Assembly (NCBI GenBank): GCA_963791795.1
Contig: CAWBTP010000020.1
Span: 837-64,836 of the forward strand
Origin: an uncultured Acidimicrobiia bacterium
GTDB lineage: Bacteria; Acidobacteriota; Terriglobia; Versatilivoradales; Versatilivoraceae
Reading direction: 5' to 3'
Length of the DNA: 64,000 nucleotides
Position numbers and translations under genes: made by a program
Shown: positions 51,018 through 61,333 of the stretch, in pieces
How the letters are laid out: each line of letters begins with the position of its first letter
How positions within the stretch are numbered: the stretch's first letter is position 1
Notes under the pieces: model-generated
Database searches by the model: none
Told to the model about the DNA's origin: nothing
What the model saw: the letters and a program-made list of their open reading frames with translations, nothing else

Positions 51018-52889
51018 TCAGTAAGGTCGAGCGGCGAAGAACCCGCTGGTGTTGTCAACCGTGCTATAGACTCGAGAGATGGCAGCGAGAGGAACTTCGT
51101 TGAGAGATTGAATCTCGATTGGGCCGTAGCTGTTCACGAGCCCAAGACTGGTGAGAATATCGTCAACGTTGTAAATGCCGTTAGCCGGGATCACGCTGCT
51201 GTCGCTCTGAACCTGAACGCCGCCCGAAGTGTTGCGGACAGTCACACGGATCGGGGCCGGAGTGCTGCCGAGATTGATCACCGTGAGTGTTGACCGGAAT
51301 TGATTGACGTTTGTTGCAGAAGGAATCAGCAGCCGTGGGGCTCCCGACACGACGTTGGTTGCGAGACCTGGGTCGTCCCCGACATTGTTGATCAGCGTGC
51401 TGTAACCCAACAGTGGCTGGCTGGCATTGAGGCGAATGAAGCCCAGGGTGTTCGACACGCCCGCTGCCCCTGTCAACGTGCGGTTGACATTATCCAATTG
51501 TCTTAGCCCCCCGGCCGGCACATTGACCGTGGTGGTTCCCAACAAGGCCCCACTCAGGTTGTAGAGATTTACCTGAACGTCCGCCGCCACACTGCCCAGA
51601 TTGTTGATACCCAGGTTGGTGCGAAAGGCAGGACTGTCCTGGCTGATGGGTACCACTCCATTCGAGCTCGCAACGCTCACATCCTGTCCCTCGAAAAACC
51701 CACTGGTGCCTGAATTCACGCTGTACACCCGGGAGGTGGACACCAGGGGAACAGAGTTCAGAGACACGATCTCCAGGGGTCCGAAGAGACCGCTGAGCCC
51801 CAAGGTGGCGTGGATATCGTCCTGACTGTAGAACCCGTTTGGCGGAATCGAAATTACGAGCTCACCACGCACCACGCCGTTGGTGTCTCGCTGCCGGAGC
51901 CGCGCCTGCGCGGTAGCGCTCCCGGCATTCTGGACGACCAGCGAAGAGCGAAACTGGTTGACCGACGTTGCCGATGGAATCAGGAGCTGCGTCGCGCCGT
52001 TGGAACGACCCGTCTGAAGACTCGGATCGTCTGACGTATTGTCGATCTGGGTTGCAAAGGCAACCAGTGGCTGGCTGGCCGTGATCACGACCGAACCCGA
52101 CAGGTTGTTGGTCTGGCCTGAACTGAGCCCGCGAACGTAACTAATCACATTGTTGAGCTGAAGCAGTCCACCGGCTGGGACCGAGACTGTCCTCGACGCA
52201 ATCGGTGAACCGTTGGCAGCATACAGCGTGAGCGTAGCCTGAGCCTGTGCGGCCGAAACATTGGTCAACCCCAGATTGGTGCGGAACCGCGCCGTATCGG
52301 TTACGAGCGGAATATATTGCTTCACTTCGCTGGCAACTACCTCATATGTCCCGTTGTTCGAATTAAATCGGAAAGCAATCACCCGGCCCGGATACAACCT
52401 GGCTTGATTGAAGCTGAACTGCGCTGCCACGTTGCGGGTCGCGTTCTGCAATCCCACAGTCGCACTCTCGCCATAAGCGCGCGGCCCTTCGAGCGTCTTG
52501 TATTGAAACGCGATGTCGTTGCTTCCTTCGAATAGAACTGCCTGGAAGCTAACTCGTCCGTCCAACAACTCACCGTTCTCATCCAGAATGCTGAGGTTTT
52601 GCCAGTCAATCACCCAGCGCCGATCGGGAGCAGTCCCAACCAGTCGCGACGAGACAGTGCTGTCTTGCCGCTGCAAGATGAGATCGTCGAAGAAGGGAGC
52701 GATCAAGTTGGGGAACAACGTTCCCGTAGTTCCACTGGCCGATCCCTGGCGCGGCACCGAAGTTCCAGGCAACGAGCCGTTCTGAAACTCGGGCAGCACG
52801 CTGGAAGCCCCCGGGACCATCCAGCCATTCGTGGTCACGTTTAGCTTCGATCCAGCCAAAAAAGTCGAACGTGAACAAGGTAAAGTCAA
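51018..52889 (-). CDS. large secreted beta-rich repeat protein (two ~100-aa tandem repeats). It may be the C-terminal continuation of the upstream metalloprotease gene via a frameshift.
   Basis: The repeats LLIPSATSVNQFRSSLVVQNAGS... and LLIPSATNVNQFRSTLTVINLGS... are present. The ORF begins at a TTG and overlaps the upstream ORF tail in another frame for ~280 nt. Confidence 0.5.
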   Translation of the reverse strand: MTLPCSRSTFLAGSKLNVTTNGWMVPGASSVLPEFQNGSLPGTSVPRQGSASGTTGTLFPNLIAPFFDDLILQRQDSTVSSRLVGTAPDRRWVIDWQNLSILDENGELLDGRVSFQAVLFEGSNDIAFQYKTLEGPRAYGESATVGLQNATRNVAAQFSFNQARLYPGRVIAFRFNSNNGTYEVVASEVKQYIPLVTDTARFRTNLGLTNVSAAQAQATLTLYAANGSPIASRTVSVPAGGLLQLNNVISYVRGLSSGQTNNLSGSVVITASQPLVAFATQIDNTSDDPSLQTGRSNGATQLLIPSATSVNQFRSSLVVQNAGSATAQARLRQRDTNGVVRGELVISIPPNGFYSQDDIHATLGLSGLFGPLEIVSLNSVPLVSTSRVYSVNSGTSGFFEGQDVSVASSNGVVPISQDSPAFRTNLGINNLGSVAADVQVNLYNLSGALLGTTTVNVPAGGLRQLDNVNRTLTGAAGVSNTLGFIRLNASQPLLGYSTLINNVGDDPGLATNVVSGAPRLLIPSATNVNQFRSTLTVINLGSTPAPIRVTVRNTSGGVQVQSDSSVIPANGIYNVDDILTSLGLVNSYGPIEIQSLNEVPLAAISRVYSTVDNTSGFFAARPY

Positions 52890-54850
52890 ACGGCAGCGTC
52901 AACTGAGCGGTGTCGTCGTCATTGCTGGACAGGAAATCCACCCGCGTGCCCCCGGAACTGGAGGAGGTGTCGACGTACTGAAACTGGGTTTCGGCCCGGT
53001 TGGAGCTGGGTTTGGGACCGGTGACGGTGAACACCGGACCCATCGTCGGTTGACCGAAAACCGTCACAGTTACCGGTCCGGACACTGCACCGAAGGGCAC
53101 AATCGCAGTGATCTGCGTCGGCGCCGCAGATACCACGGTTGCTGGAACGCCACCGAAGGCGACCGAGACATTCGTCAGCGAGCTATCAAAATTGCTGCCC
53201 GACACAGTCACCACAGTGGTGGGTGGACCCGAACTAGGGCTTACGGTGCTGACCACAGGCGGAAGGGCCGATGCGACAAACGCCGCAGCCAGCGCGCCAC
53301 TCGTTCCGTCAGGATTAACAGCCAGGAGTGTTAATGGGCCTGTCTTGTTCGGGGCGGTGGTTCCCAACAGCGTCGTCGAATCGAGAATCGTCACGTCAGT
53401 CAGCGGTACTCCGGCAAGGGAAACCTCTGTGCCGGGACTAAAGTTCGTTCCAGTCACTGTGACCCGGGTCCCTCCGGAGTTTATTCCGGCTGCGGGTTGT
53501 ATGGAAGCCAAGGTGGGTGGCTGGCCCGTGACAATCAGGCCTCCCGTTAGCGCCGCGGTTGCACCCGTTCGCTGCGCAAAGATCGGCCTCACTCCAGTCG
53601 AAGCCGCAGAATCCACAGTTGCCGTCAGCCTTGCTGTGTTGCCTCCGCTGAAGGTCGGAGCTTCCAAGCTGAGTCCCGGACCCGGGACATGGAATGTCAC
53701 ACCGTCAAGGATGCCGTCGCCGCGCACATTGAACGCCACGCTGGTCCCGCTCCCTACCCTCTGTCCAAGGCTTGGGCTGGTGAGATTCAACGCAGGCGAT
53801 GGCGAAGGAGAGACCGCAATATTGACTTCCTCCAATGTGTTGCCCGCAGTGACCTGTACCGATTGCCGCTGCTGCGGATTCAAGGTGCCACCCAGAAACG
53901 TCGTTGTGAAATTAACGTTCACGCGCGAGTCATACTGCCCGCCAATGCTGTCCTCCATCACAGGTCCATCCAATGGTTCCGCATATAGGGAATAACTGTC
54001 CGGAGCCAGGCCCGAGATCTGATACGTACCGTCCAGTTCGGTCAGAGCGGAAACCACCGCGTTCCCGCCCGCGTCCAGGACGACCACGTGCGCGCCAAAC
54101 ACGCTGGCGCCAGCGTTGCTGATGCGTCCTCGCAGTCCGCCGGTAGCGCTAAAGAATGCCGTTTCTGGATACAGGGTCGCGGCACCAAGGACGTCGTCGC
54201 TCTTTAGAGCGCGTGGAAAAACCGTTCCCCGGGCTCCAGTTGGATTCATGGTTGCCGACACAATCGCTGTGTGATCAAGACCCAGAGAAGTGGCCGATCT
54301 CGTGAGTGGCTATGGCCTGAATATCGAAGCCGTCGGACCGCCCATCTGTGGAGAAGGTAATATTGGGGTTTGAAGGATTGAACAAAATATCGGCATCGCG
54401 AAAAAAGCCCTGGGACGAAGTAGACAAGGGTGACCGCAATGGTGCCCGTTCCAAAGGAGAAATTGGTGTCCTGAAAGGAGATGACGTTGACGCCATCATT
54501 TCCACCGATTTTGAACTGGAGACGTGCCCTCATAGCGAAACGCAATCGGCCGAGCTGGGAAGGTTCTGCCAGGCATCAAATGCTCGCTGCACAGCAATGA
54601 ACTCACTGCCATTGCCAAGGCCGGGAAGCCCCCCGACATGGATGCGGTACGGCACAGGAAGGGTCTGCCAGCGCGCTCGCGAACGCACGAAAGCCTGCTG
54701 GAATCCGGCCGTCAGCGCACTCCAGGCCAACCCAAGCAAGCAGCTTGCAACCACCCACTGGAAACGATTTCGTTTGGTCCTCTGCCCGGTCATCGAGCCT
54801 GATTCCCCCTGGCCACGGCTATGGCCGGACCATGCGTCGAATTCTTTCAA
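52606..54850 (-). pseudogene. matrixin-like (HEXXH zinc) secreted metalloprotease with Ig-like/IPT repeats, interrupted by about three frameshifts including one inside HEIGH-LGLDH
   Basis: The signal-peptide N-terminus is in frame 54530-54850. Frame 54275-54505 ends ...THEIGHF* and the next frame gives SLGLDHTAIVSATMNPTGAR...DDVLGAATLYP. IPT-like repeats follow. Confidence 0.55.
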
Positions 54851-55370
54851 CCATCGGTTTCAAAGGTGCACGAGAAGGCTTGTGCTGTTGCGACAGGCTG
54901 CGGCTGGCCGGATCATAAAGATCAAGTCCTGAAAGCGAGTGAAGCAACTCCTCTTCACCCGTCTGCCGGTTTCGAAGAATTCGAAATTTTCCCTGTGACA
55001 TCCCCAAGGGCTGCCAGTGGCCGTTCTTCGAGGGTTCGAGAAACAGCAGCGCTTCCTCTTCAGGCTCGAACACGGGCATGCCGGACACGGTCTGCGTGAT
55101 GCCGTCGAGCGTCCCGCCGACAGTGACTACATTCACGAACCCATCAGCGGATCCCTTCAGTGGTTCGCTGACTACAAACCGGGCGGTGGTGAGAATTAGA
55201 GTGCCCCGATCGTTCCAGCGGCTCTCACGAGAGATGCACTTGCCGATCACGATTCGACCCGACTTCTGCACCAGATCATCAAGCGTAAACTTTTCGACCG
55301 TAGTCGATAGCAGCGGGAAGGATGCAAACAGTGTCAGGAGGGACGAAATCAGGAACTGCTGCTTTCTCAT
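54819..55370 (-). CDS. secreted hypothetical protein
   Basis: Signal peptide MRKQQFLISSLLTLFASFPLLS. Lies upstream of, and co-oriented with, the metalloprotease gene. Confidence 0.45.
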   Translation of the reverse strand: MRKQQFLISSLLTLFASFPLLSTTVEKFTLDDLVQKSGRIVIGKCISRESRWNDRGTLILTTARFVVSEPLKGSADGFVNVVTVGGTLDGITQTVSGMPVFEPEEEALLFLEPSKNGHWQPLGMSQGKFRILRNRQTGEEELLHSLSGLDLYDPASRSLSQQHKPSRAPLKPMVERIRRMVRP

Positions 55371-55713
55371 CTTGATCCTCCGTGGGCTAGTGAGGGGCAA
55401 GTTCGTCTCCATACAATCTCTCTCCGATGTCGTTTTCATGCCACGGGGTTGTTACGAACAGTCTTAAAAGGTTAACGCTGCCTCATCTCGTGCAAGCTGA
55501 GCCAACTAAAGCCTTTTTGTCGGCAAAGTTCAGCGTTGCCGTGAAAGGAAAATCTGCCAAGGGCGCTCAGATAGGCACTTTGCCGGGCTTGCAGTTGCAG
55601 GAATGTTCCAAGTAGGCAACTTCAGTCATCTGGGAGAGACGAAGAGATTCTGGTCTGAAACTCGATCAGGTTCCTAGGCTTACAGGAGCGGGAAAGACTT
55701 CTCAATCCAGATA

Positions 55714-55969
55714 TGAAACTCCGACCACTGACGCGGTCGGTATCCTGGACTGATGTCCATCCTGAGCCGCTGGCTCACGCCAGCGGTTGGCCAAATAAGG
55801 CTTGCGGCCCAACAGCTTATGGCAGCAGGTAGAAAGATTGAAGGACAACGGGGAATCAGGGATTAAGGACTGGGGATTGGGAGGACAACGCAAGACTCCA
55901 ACCACTGGCGTCAAGCCAGTGGTTGGGCATAAATCCCGCCGATACCGACCGCGTCAGCGGTCGGAGTTT
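55714..55969. repeat. structured element flanked by a 30-bp inverted repeat (1 mismatch), with internal hairpins
   Basis: GAAACTCCGACCACTGACGCGGTCGGTATC at 55714 matches the reverse complement at ~55940. Internal hairpins include CCAACCACTGGCGTCAAGCCAGTGGTTGG. Confidence 0.6.
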
Positions 55970-56027
55970 CATGAGACTGCCGGGCTGCTTGGTGCGTTGC
56001 AGCTTTCGGGCTGACGCGTTGAATGCC

Positions 56028-56052
56028 AATAAAAAAGGGGCTCTCGCGAGCC
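56028..56052 (-). terminator. rho-independent terminator for the TonB-dependent receptor gene
   Basis: On the minus strand AGGGGCTCGCGAGAGCCCC is followed by TTTTTT, 30 bp after the stop codon. Confidence 0.55.
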
Positions 56053-56079
56053 CCTAACATCGATCTTGAATCAGTCCAA

Positions 56080-59000
56080 TCAAAAGTGGAACTTCAGCGC
56101 AAACTCCAGGATTCGCGGCTCGTTGACGGTGGCCGTAATGATCCCGAAGGCGTTCGGTGCAGAAATATTCCTTCCTGGGGCACCATAGCTGGGGTGGTTG
56201 GTGGCGTTGAAGAACTCCGCCCTGAAGTCGAAGTATTTGGACTCCGTCATGTTGAACTTCTTCCCGAGCGCGAAATCCCAGTTCCCAAAACCCGGAGCAC
56301 GCTCGCTGCTATTTCCGGAATTACCGAAAGTCCCCGTAGCAGGAAGCACGTAAGGGCTAATGTCCAACCAGCGATCCGGAGTGGGATTGTCCAATTTCCC
56401 ACTCCCCCCGTCGAGTCGGTTTGGCCTGCCACCGGCGCGTGAATTCTGTAACGAAACATCGTTGGCTTGAAGTGTTATCGGGAATCCTGAGTGCAGGGCG
56501 ATGATGCTGCTGACGTTCCAGCCGCCCAGGATCGCATTGGTCACGCCGGTCCAGCCATTGCCAAACGCGCGCCCTTTGCCGAACGGCAAATCGTAAGTTC
56601 CCGACCAAACGAAGTTATGTGTGGCATCAAAGAATGAAAGCCCGCGATCGCCAAGCCGGTTATAAGCGTTCGCCCAGTAGGCACTGGGGGCATTCACCCC
56701 AGGACTTCCGTAATACCCCAGATTGTCGGTCAGCGTCTTGCTCAAGGTGTAGGAGGCAAGAAACTCAAAACCTTGTGACAACCTTCTCCGAGCGCTGACT
56801 TGAAGAGAATTGTAATCACTGGTCGCCGAAGAATCTGTACCGCTGACCTGAGTAACGAGGGGGCGGGCACTATAGAGCGGACGCCTTTGCTGGAGTGGTC
56901 TCCACGTCGAGGTCGGCCCCGGGTCTGGCAAGGGTTGGTTCCAGTCGCGCGGGTCCACCAGATGAGTTGCTTTGTGGCCGACGTACCCGGCGGTCAAAGA
57001 GGTCTTGCTGTCAAGCAGGTACTCGAGCGTGAAGTTGTACTGCTGAGTGAACTGGGGTCGAAGTTTTGGGTCCCAAATGCGAATGAGCCCCGAAGGTTCG
57101 CTTCGCACGATGACATCAGTAAATCCTTTGACGGCACTCCCTGGACCACTTGTGGCGTCGTAGCTAATGTCCGCTTCAGAAAAGAATGGAGGGTTCAAGG
57201 GGAGGCGCAGGTTTGACCCTGTTCCCTCCATATACTGGGTAATGCCATAGCCGGCCCGAACCACGAGTTTGTTAGACGGCGTCCACGCAAATCCAACGCG
57301 TGGTTCAAAGCCTTTCTTATACGGCTCGTAAAGGGCGCGGCTGTTCCCATCGACACCGGCGAAGAGTTGGCGGCCAGTCACAATGTCAAAGTTGGACTGC
57401 CGATCTTTGACTTCTACCACAGGTGACGTGTATTCCCATCGCATCCCCAGATTGAGTGTTAGGTTGTTCTTCACCTTAAAATCATCCTGGAGGAACAGCC
57501 CAATCCGGTTCTGCCGGTGTCCCCACGTGCCCGAGGTGCTACCGATGCCTTTCTGGGAGAGCTGGTCCAACAAGAAGTCTGCAAACTGAGACCCTGTGAA
57601 ACTGGTTACGTTATAGGCGAAGAAACCTAGCAATCCGTTATTGCCAGGATAGTACCGGTTTTGTTGATAACGCTGCCATTGGCCGCCCATCTTAAAGAAA
57701 TGCTTTCCACGAGCGATCGAGAGGTTATCTCCATAATGAAACGTGTTGGTGTAGTTGCGTTCATTGGTAAATGCTGTACCGACATCAGTCAAGCCCTGTC
57801 CAATGCGTATTGCACTGAGGCCGGGGATCGCCTGACTGCCGGCGATACCAATCTTTGCGTTGGCGTTCCCAACCCCCGCCCAGTCGTTGTAGTCACTGAC
57901 AACGGTGGCCCGATTGAAGCCAATTCGAGCTTCGTTGATGGTGTTCGGGCTGATGGTCCGACTCCAAGTCAATACGAAATTCTGCGGGCGTCGAGATCGA
58001 GCAGTGGTGATGGTTGCCGGCAACGTTCCGCGAATCCCGTCTCCATCCAGAAAGCCAGCCGAGTAGCGTCCCCAAATGGAGTCCGCATTGGAAAGCTTGG
58101 CGTCAATCTTCGCATCGAACTGCCGGTTATCTACTGCATCAGCGGTTTGAGTCGCATAGTTATTCGTGACATTGGTTCCCAAACGCGTTGCGAGAGGATA
58201 CAGCGTCGTATCCGATAAAAGAGCTCGTGCTACGGGGCTAAAGCGCGCGACAGGTATTTGATTGTTAGGAAACGGCTGGCCCGTCAGTGGATCGCGAATC
58301 ACCGTGCTAATGCTCGAAAGGTCCCCGCGTCTCCATTCGATGGGTGCAACACTGGCGGTGGTTCCTCCGCCCGTTCGCTGGCGCGTCTCCTGGTATGCTC
58401 CGAAGAAAAACAGCTTGTCTTTCACAATCGGGCCCCCAACCGTGCCACCAAAAATGTTGAGACGAAGCTTGGACTTTGGCGCACCACCCTTATTGTTTTC
58501 CCAGCGATTCGCGTCCATCGCATCGTTACGAAAAAATTCAAAAACGTTCCCATGAAACTCATTGGTGCCGGACTTGGTGCTCATGTTCGTGACAGCACCG
58601 GTCACGTTTCCGAATTCCGCCGAGGAGTTGTTGGTTTCGATCTTGAACTCGGCAAGAGCATCGATATTGGGTCGATAGCCAATGCGGTTGTCAATCGTTT
58701 CATCGACCGACACACCGTCGAGAAGAAAAGCGTTCCCCTGTTCGCGATTCCCGTTTACGTAAGGCCGGGCGTCAGCCTCGGCTCCGCCAAAACCCCGCAA
58801 ATTCGGACTCAATGCGCCCGGTGCGATTAGTGTGAGTTGCTGGAAGTTGCGACCGTTGAGAAGAAGGTTTCCGATTGTGTTGCCCGATATCACTTGCCCA
58901 ACCGTCGTGGATTCGGTCTGTAGCACTGGAGCAACGCCCGTCACGTCAACGACCTCAGTCACTTCTCCGAGTTCCATTTTGAGATCGACGCGCGCGATCT

Positions 59001-59283
59001 GGTTGACCTCCAGTTTGATCGGATTTGTCACCAGCTTCTTGAAACCGCTTATTTCAGCAGTGACGACATATTCGCCGATCGGCAAAAACGGGATCGTGTA
59101 GAATCCCGCATCGTTAGACTGGGCAGTATGTTCGATCTTGGTACCCTGGTTCGTCGCGAGAACCTTCACATTAGGCACCAGCGCACCGCTCTGATCCGAA
59201 ACAGTGCCGGTTAAGGTTGCTGTTACGGTCTGGGCTATTGCAGGGGCGCCAGATTGAGCGCCAAGCCCAGAACCAACAAGCAA
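56080..59283 (-). CDS. TonB-dependent receptor with N-terminal carboxypeptidase-regulatory-like domain and plug
   Basis: 1067 aa ending in a C-terminal F (the ORF ends ...ALKFHF), with the plug and CarbopepD_reg-like N-terminus. An ATG at 59311 encodes MKNPARILVACLLV in a different frame, suggesting a 1-bp indel in the signal peptide region. Confidence 0.85.
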   Translation of the reverse strand: MLVGSGLGAQSGAPAIAQTVTATLTGTVSDQSGALVPNVKVLATNQGTKIEHTAQSNDAGFYTIPFLPIGEYVVTAEISGFKKLVTNPIKLEVNQIARVDLKMELGEVTEVVDVTGVAPVLQTESTTVGQVISGNTIGNLLLNGRNFQQLTLIAPGALSPNLRGFGGAEADARPYVNGNREQGNAFLLDGVSVDETIDNRIGYRPNIDALAEFKIETNNSSAEFGNVTGAVTNMSTKSGTNEFHGNVFEFFRNDAMDANRWENNKGGAPKSKLRLNIFGGTVGGPIVKDKLFFFGAYQETRQRTGGGTTASVAPIEWRRGDLSSISTVIRDPLTGQPFPNNQIPVARFSPVARALLSDTTLYPLATRLGTNVTNNYATQTADAVDNRQFDAKIDAKLSNADSIWGRYSAGFLDGDGIRGTLPATITTARSRRPQNFVLTWSRTISPNTINEARIGFNRATVVSDYNDWAGVGNANAKIGIAGSQAIPGLSAIRIGQGLTDVGTAFTNERNYTNTFHYGDNLSIARGKHFFKMGGQWQRYQQNRYYPGNNGLLGFFAYNVTSFTGSQFADFLLDQLSQKGIGSTSGTWGHRQNRIGLFLQDDFKVKNNLTLNLGMRWEYTSPVVEVKDRQSNFDIVTGRQLFAGVDGNSRALYEPYKKGFEPRVGFAWTPSNKLVVRAGYGITQYMEGTGSNLRLPLNPPFFSEADISYDATSGPGSAVKGFTDVIVRSEPSGLIRIWDPKLRPQFTQQYNFTLEYLLDSKTSLTAGYVGHKATHLVDPRDWNQPLPDPGPTSTWRPLQQRRPLYSARPLVTQVSGTDSSATSDYNSLQVSARRRLSQGFEFLASYTLSKTLTDNLGYYGSPGVNAPSAYWANAYNRLGDRGLSFFDATHNFVWSGTYDLPFGKGRAFGNGWTGVTNAILGGWNVSSIIALHSGFPITLQANDVSLQNSRAGGRPNRLDGGSGKLDNPTPDRWLDISPYVLPATGTFGNSGNSSERAPGFGNWDFALGKKFNMTESKYFDFRAEFFNATNHPSYGAPGRNISAPNAFGIITATVNEPRILEFALKFHF

Positions 59284-59686
59284 GCCACAAGAATCCTGGC
59301 TGGGTTCTTCATGATTTGTCTCTCCTTTTGGACTTTGGTACGAGTAAAGTACAAGTAGTGCTCTGGTTGGCGCGGATTGGACTGATTCGCCCTAGTGGTC
59401 GAATCGTCTTAAGCCTCAAGCGCAGAACATGCTGTTGTGAATGAGACTCGAAGCTTCCAGCGGACCTCGGCTACTCGCGTGATTGCATTACTTGCAAGAG
59501 CCTCTCCAAAGCAGCTGGATCGCTGCAAGGATCTGTCAGGATGAAACTTAATCGCGAAATCAGGGATCGGCTGTCTGTGCAGAAAACTGGTCCAAAAATC
59601 CGGCTTTTAGGATTGTATTTCTTGAAGTTCGGATCACGACTGCCCGATGCTGCGTAATGAGCTGCACTCCACACTAGAACTTAGCA

Positions 59687-60919
59687 GTGATCGCCGACGA
59701 CCTAACCGGCGCCTGCGACACCGCTTGTCAATTTACTCCTTATGGATTCCGCCCAGAGGTTGTGCATTCAGTTGCAGGCAATTTGCGCCAGCACCACTGT
59801 CTGGTCCTTAATTCGGAATCGCGAAAGGACGAACCCGGGGTAGCGCATCAAAAGGTCTTCGACTTTGCGGTGGCACTCATGAGGGCCGGGTACTTGCCGT
59901 TCTATAAGAAACTGGACTCCACGCTTAAAGGTCCTTGGTGCGCCGAACTGGCTGCTATGGCAAAAGCGGTAAGGCCAGAGATCGTTGTGGTTGCGCCGGC
60001 GTTTCCTGCGTGGGGACGAACAACGGTCCAGGGAGTTCAGTGCGTCCAAGGACGGCCCGTTGGAGAGTCAAGGTTTCATACCCTTCCCCACACAGACACG
60101 TCACCGGCGACGGAACCCGGAAATCTGATTCAGGCGCTCCAAGGTCAATTTGGAAAGCGCGTTCGTCATTTTCGGCGCGCTGCGCTCAAGAGGGGCCCAG
60201 CGGCACTTGCGAAGGAGATGCTTACAGCCAGATTCGAGGGATTCCCGTTCCTGGTATTCGACGCGGAGCTAAACGAAGATCTCAAAACAATTGTTCTCGC
60301 CGGATGCCGTTTGGAAACCAGAATTCTGTGGGCTGGGTCTGGAGGACTAGCCCGATCCTTGCCGCGAGGTTGGGGGCTATCCGCACAACCCCCCAACAGC
60401 CATTCTCACTTTTCGTGTGCGCACTCGCTTGTGATCAACGGTAGCTTCAACCCAGCCAACAAGGAACAACTGGCTTGCTTGGAACATGCAGGTACGACCC
60501 TCTGTTGGATTGAGGACGAAGATGCGGATGACCACAACTTGTGTCTCCGGAAGGTTGAGAGCCTGCTGACAGTGCTGGAGGGCGGTGGCGACGTAGCTCT
60601 CAGCGTGCGTTTGAACAAGCCTGTTCGGTCGGCGAATCATCTGCAGAAGCTCCAGGACGCCCTCCAGTTCGTCTCAGCGCGTTGCCTGGCCGCAAAGGGC
60701 AACGTCGGCATGATCCTGATTGGTGGCGACACGGCCATCAAGATCTACCGGAGTCTTGATGCAGCGGCCATCCGCATCGAAGGCGAGGTTCAGCCGGGAG
60801 TTCCACACGGGCGCTGGGTGGGCGGACGATTCAGCGAGCTGCCAGTGGTCACAAAAGCGGGAGGCTTCGGACAGGCAGATACCTTGGTGACGGCAGTTGC
60901 TTTTCTGAAAGGAAAATAA
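59687..60919 (+). CDS. four-carbon acid sugar kinase family protein (OtnK/DUF1537-DUF1357)
   Basis: The N-terminal IADDLTGACD motif and the C-terminal domain resemble 3-oxo-tetronate kinase family proteins. GTG start. Confidence 0.7.
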   Translation: MIADDLTGACDTACQFTPYGFRPEVVHSVAGNLRQHHCLVLNSESRKDEPGVAHQKVFDFAVALMRAGYLPFYKKLDSTLKGPWCAELAAMAKAVRPEIVVVAPAFPAWGRTTVQGVQCVQGRPVGESRFHTLPHTDTSPATEPGNLIQALQGQFGKRVRHFRRAALKRGPAALAKEMLTARFEGFPFLVFDAELNEDLKTIVLAGCRLETRILWAGSGGLARSLPRGWGLSAQPPNSHSHFSCAHSLVINGSFNPANKEQLACLEHAGTTLCWIEDEDADDHNLCLRKVESLLTVLEGGGDVALSVRLNKPVRSANHLQKLQDALQFVSARCLAAKGNVGMILIGGDTAIKIYRSLDAAAIRIEGEVQPGVPHGRWVGGRFSELPVVTKAGGFGQADTLVTAVAFLKGK

Positions 60920-61333
60920 GCAAACCGCCAAGACGCGAAGGACATCGCAAAAAGGCAAACCGCGAAGGCGCCAATGACGCAAAGAGAAAGAAGGAGTCGG
61001 ACCCAATCACGAGGGTTCCCGTCAGAGGCCGCCAAAACATGTTGTTCGGCCATCGCCTATTTGCGATCGGCTAACGCGTTTCCATGCTTCAAATGGCCAA
61101 TAGAAGAACACCAAGGAAAATTCGAGCAGGACTTGTTTACTCCCACTTTGGCGGGGTCTTGGCGCGCTGGGTTTGAGGTCGATCCTCGCCACGCCCTTTC
61201 CCCGAGTTGTTCCTGTGATTCTCGCCCGAAGCTTGGCATAATTCTCTGTGAGTTGGCAGTCTGCTGGTTTATCTTCCCTTCGCGCTCTTTGCGCCTTCGC
61301 GGTTCGATTCTTCTCCTTTTTGAAACACAAACT

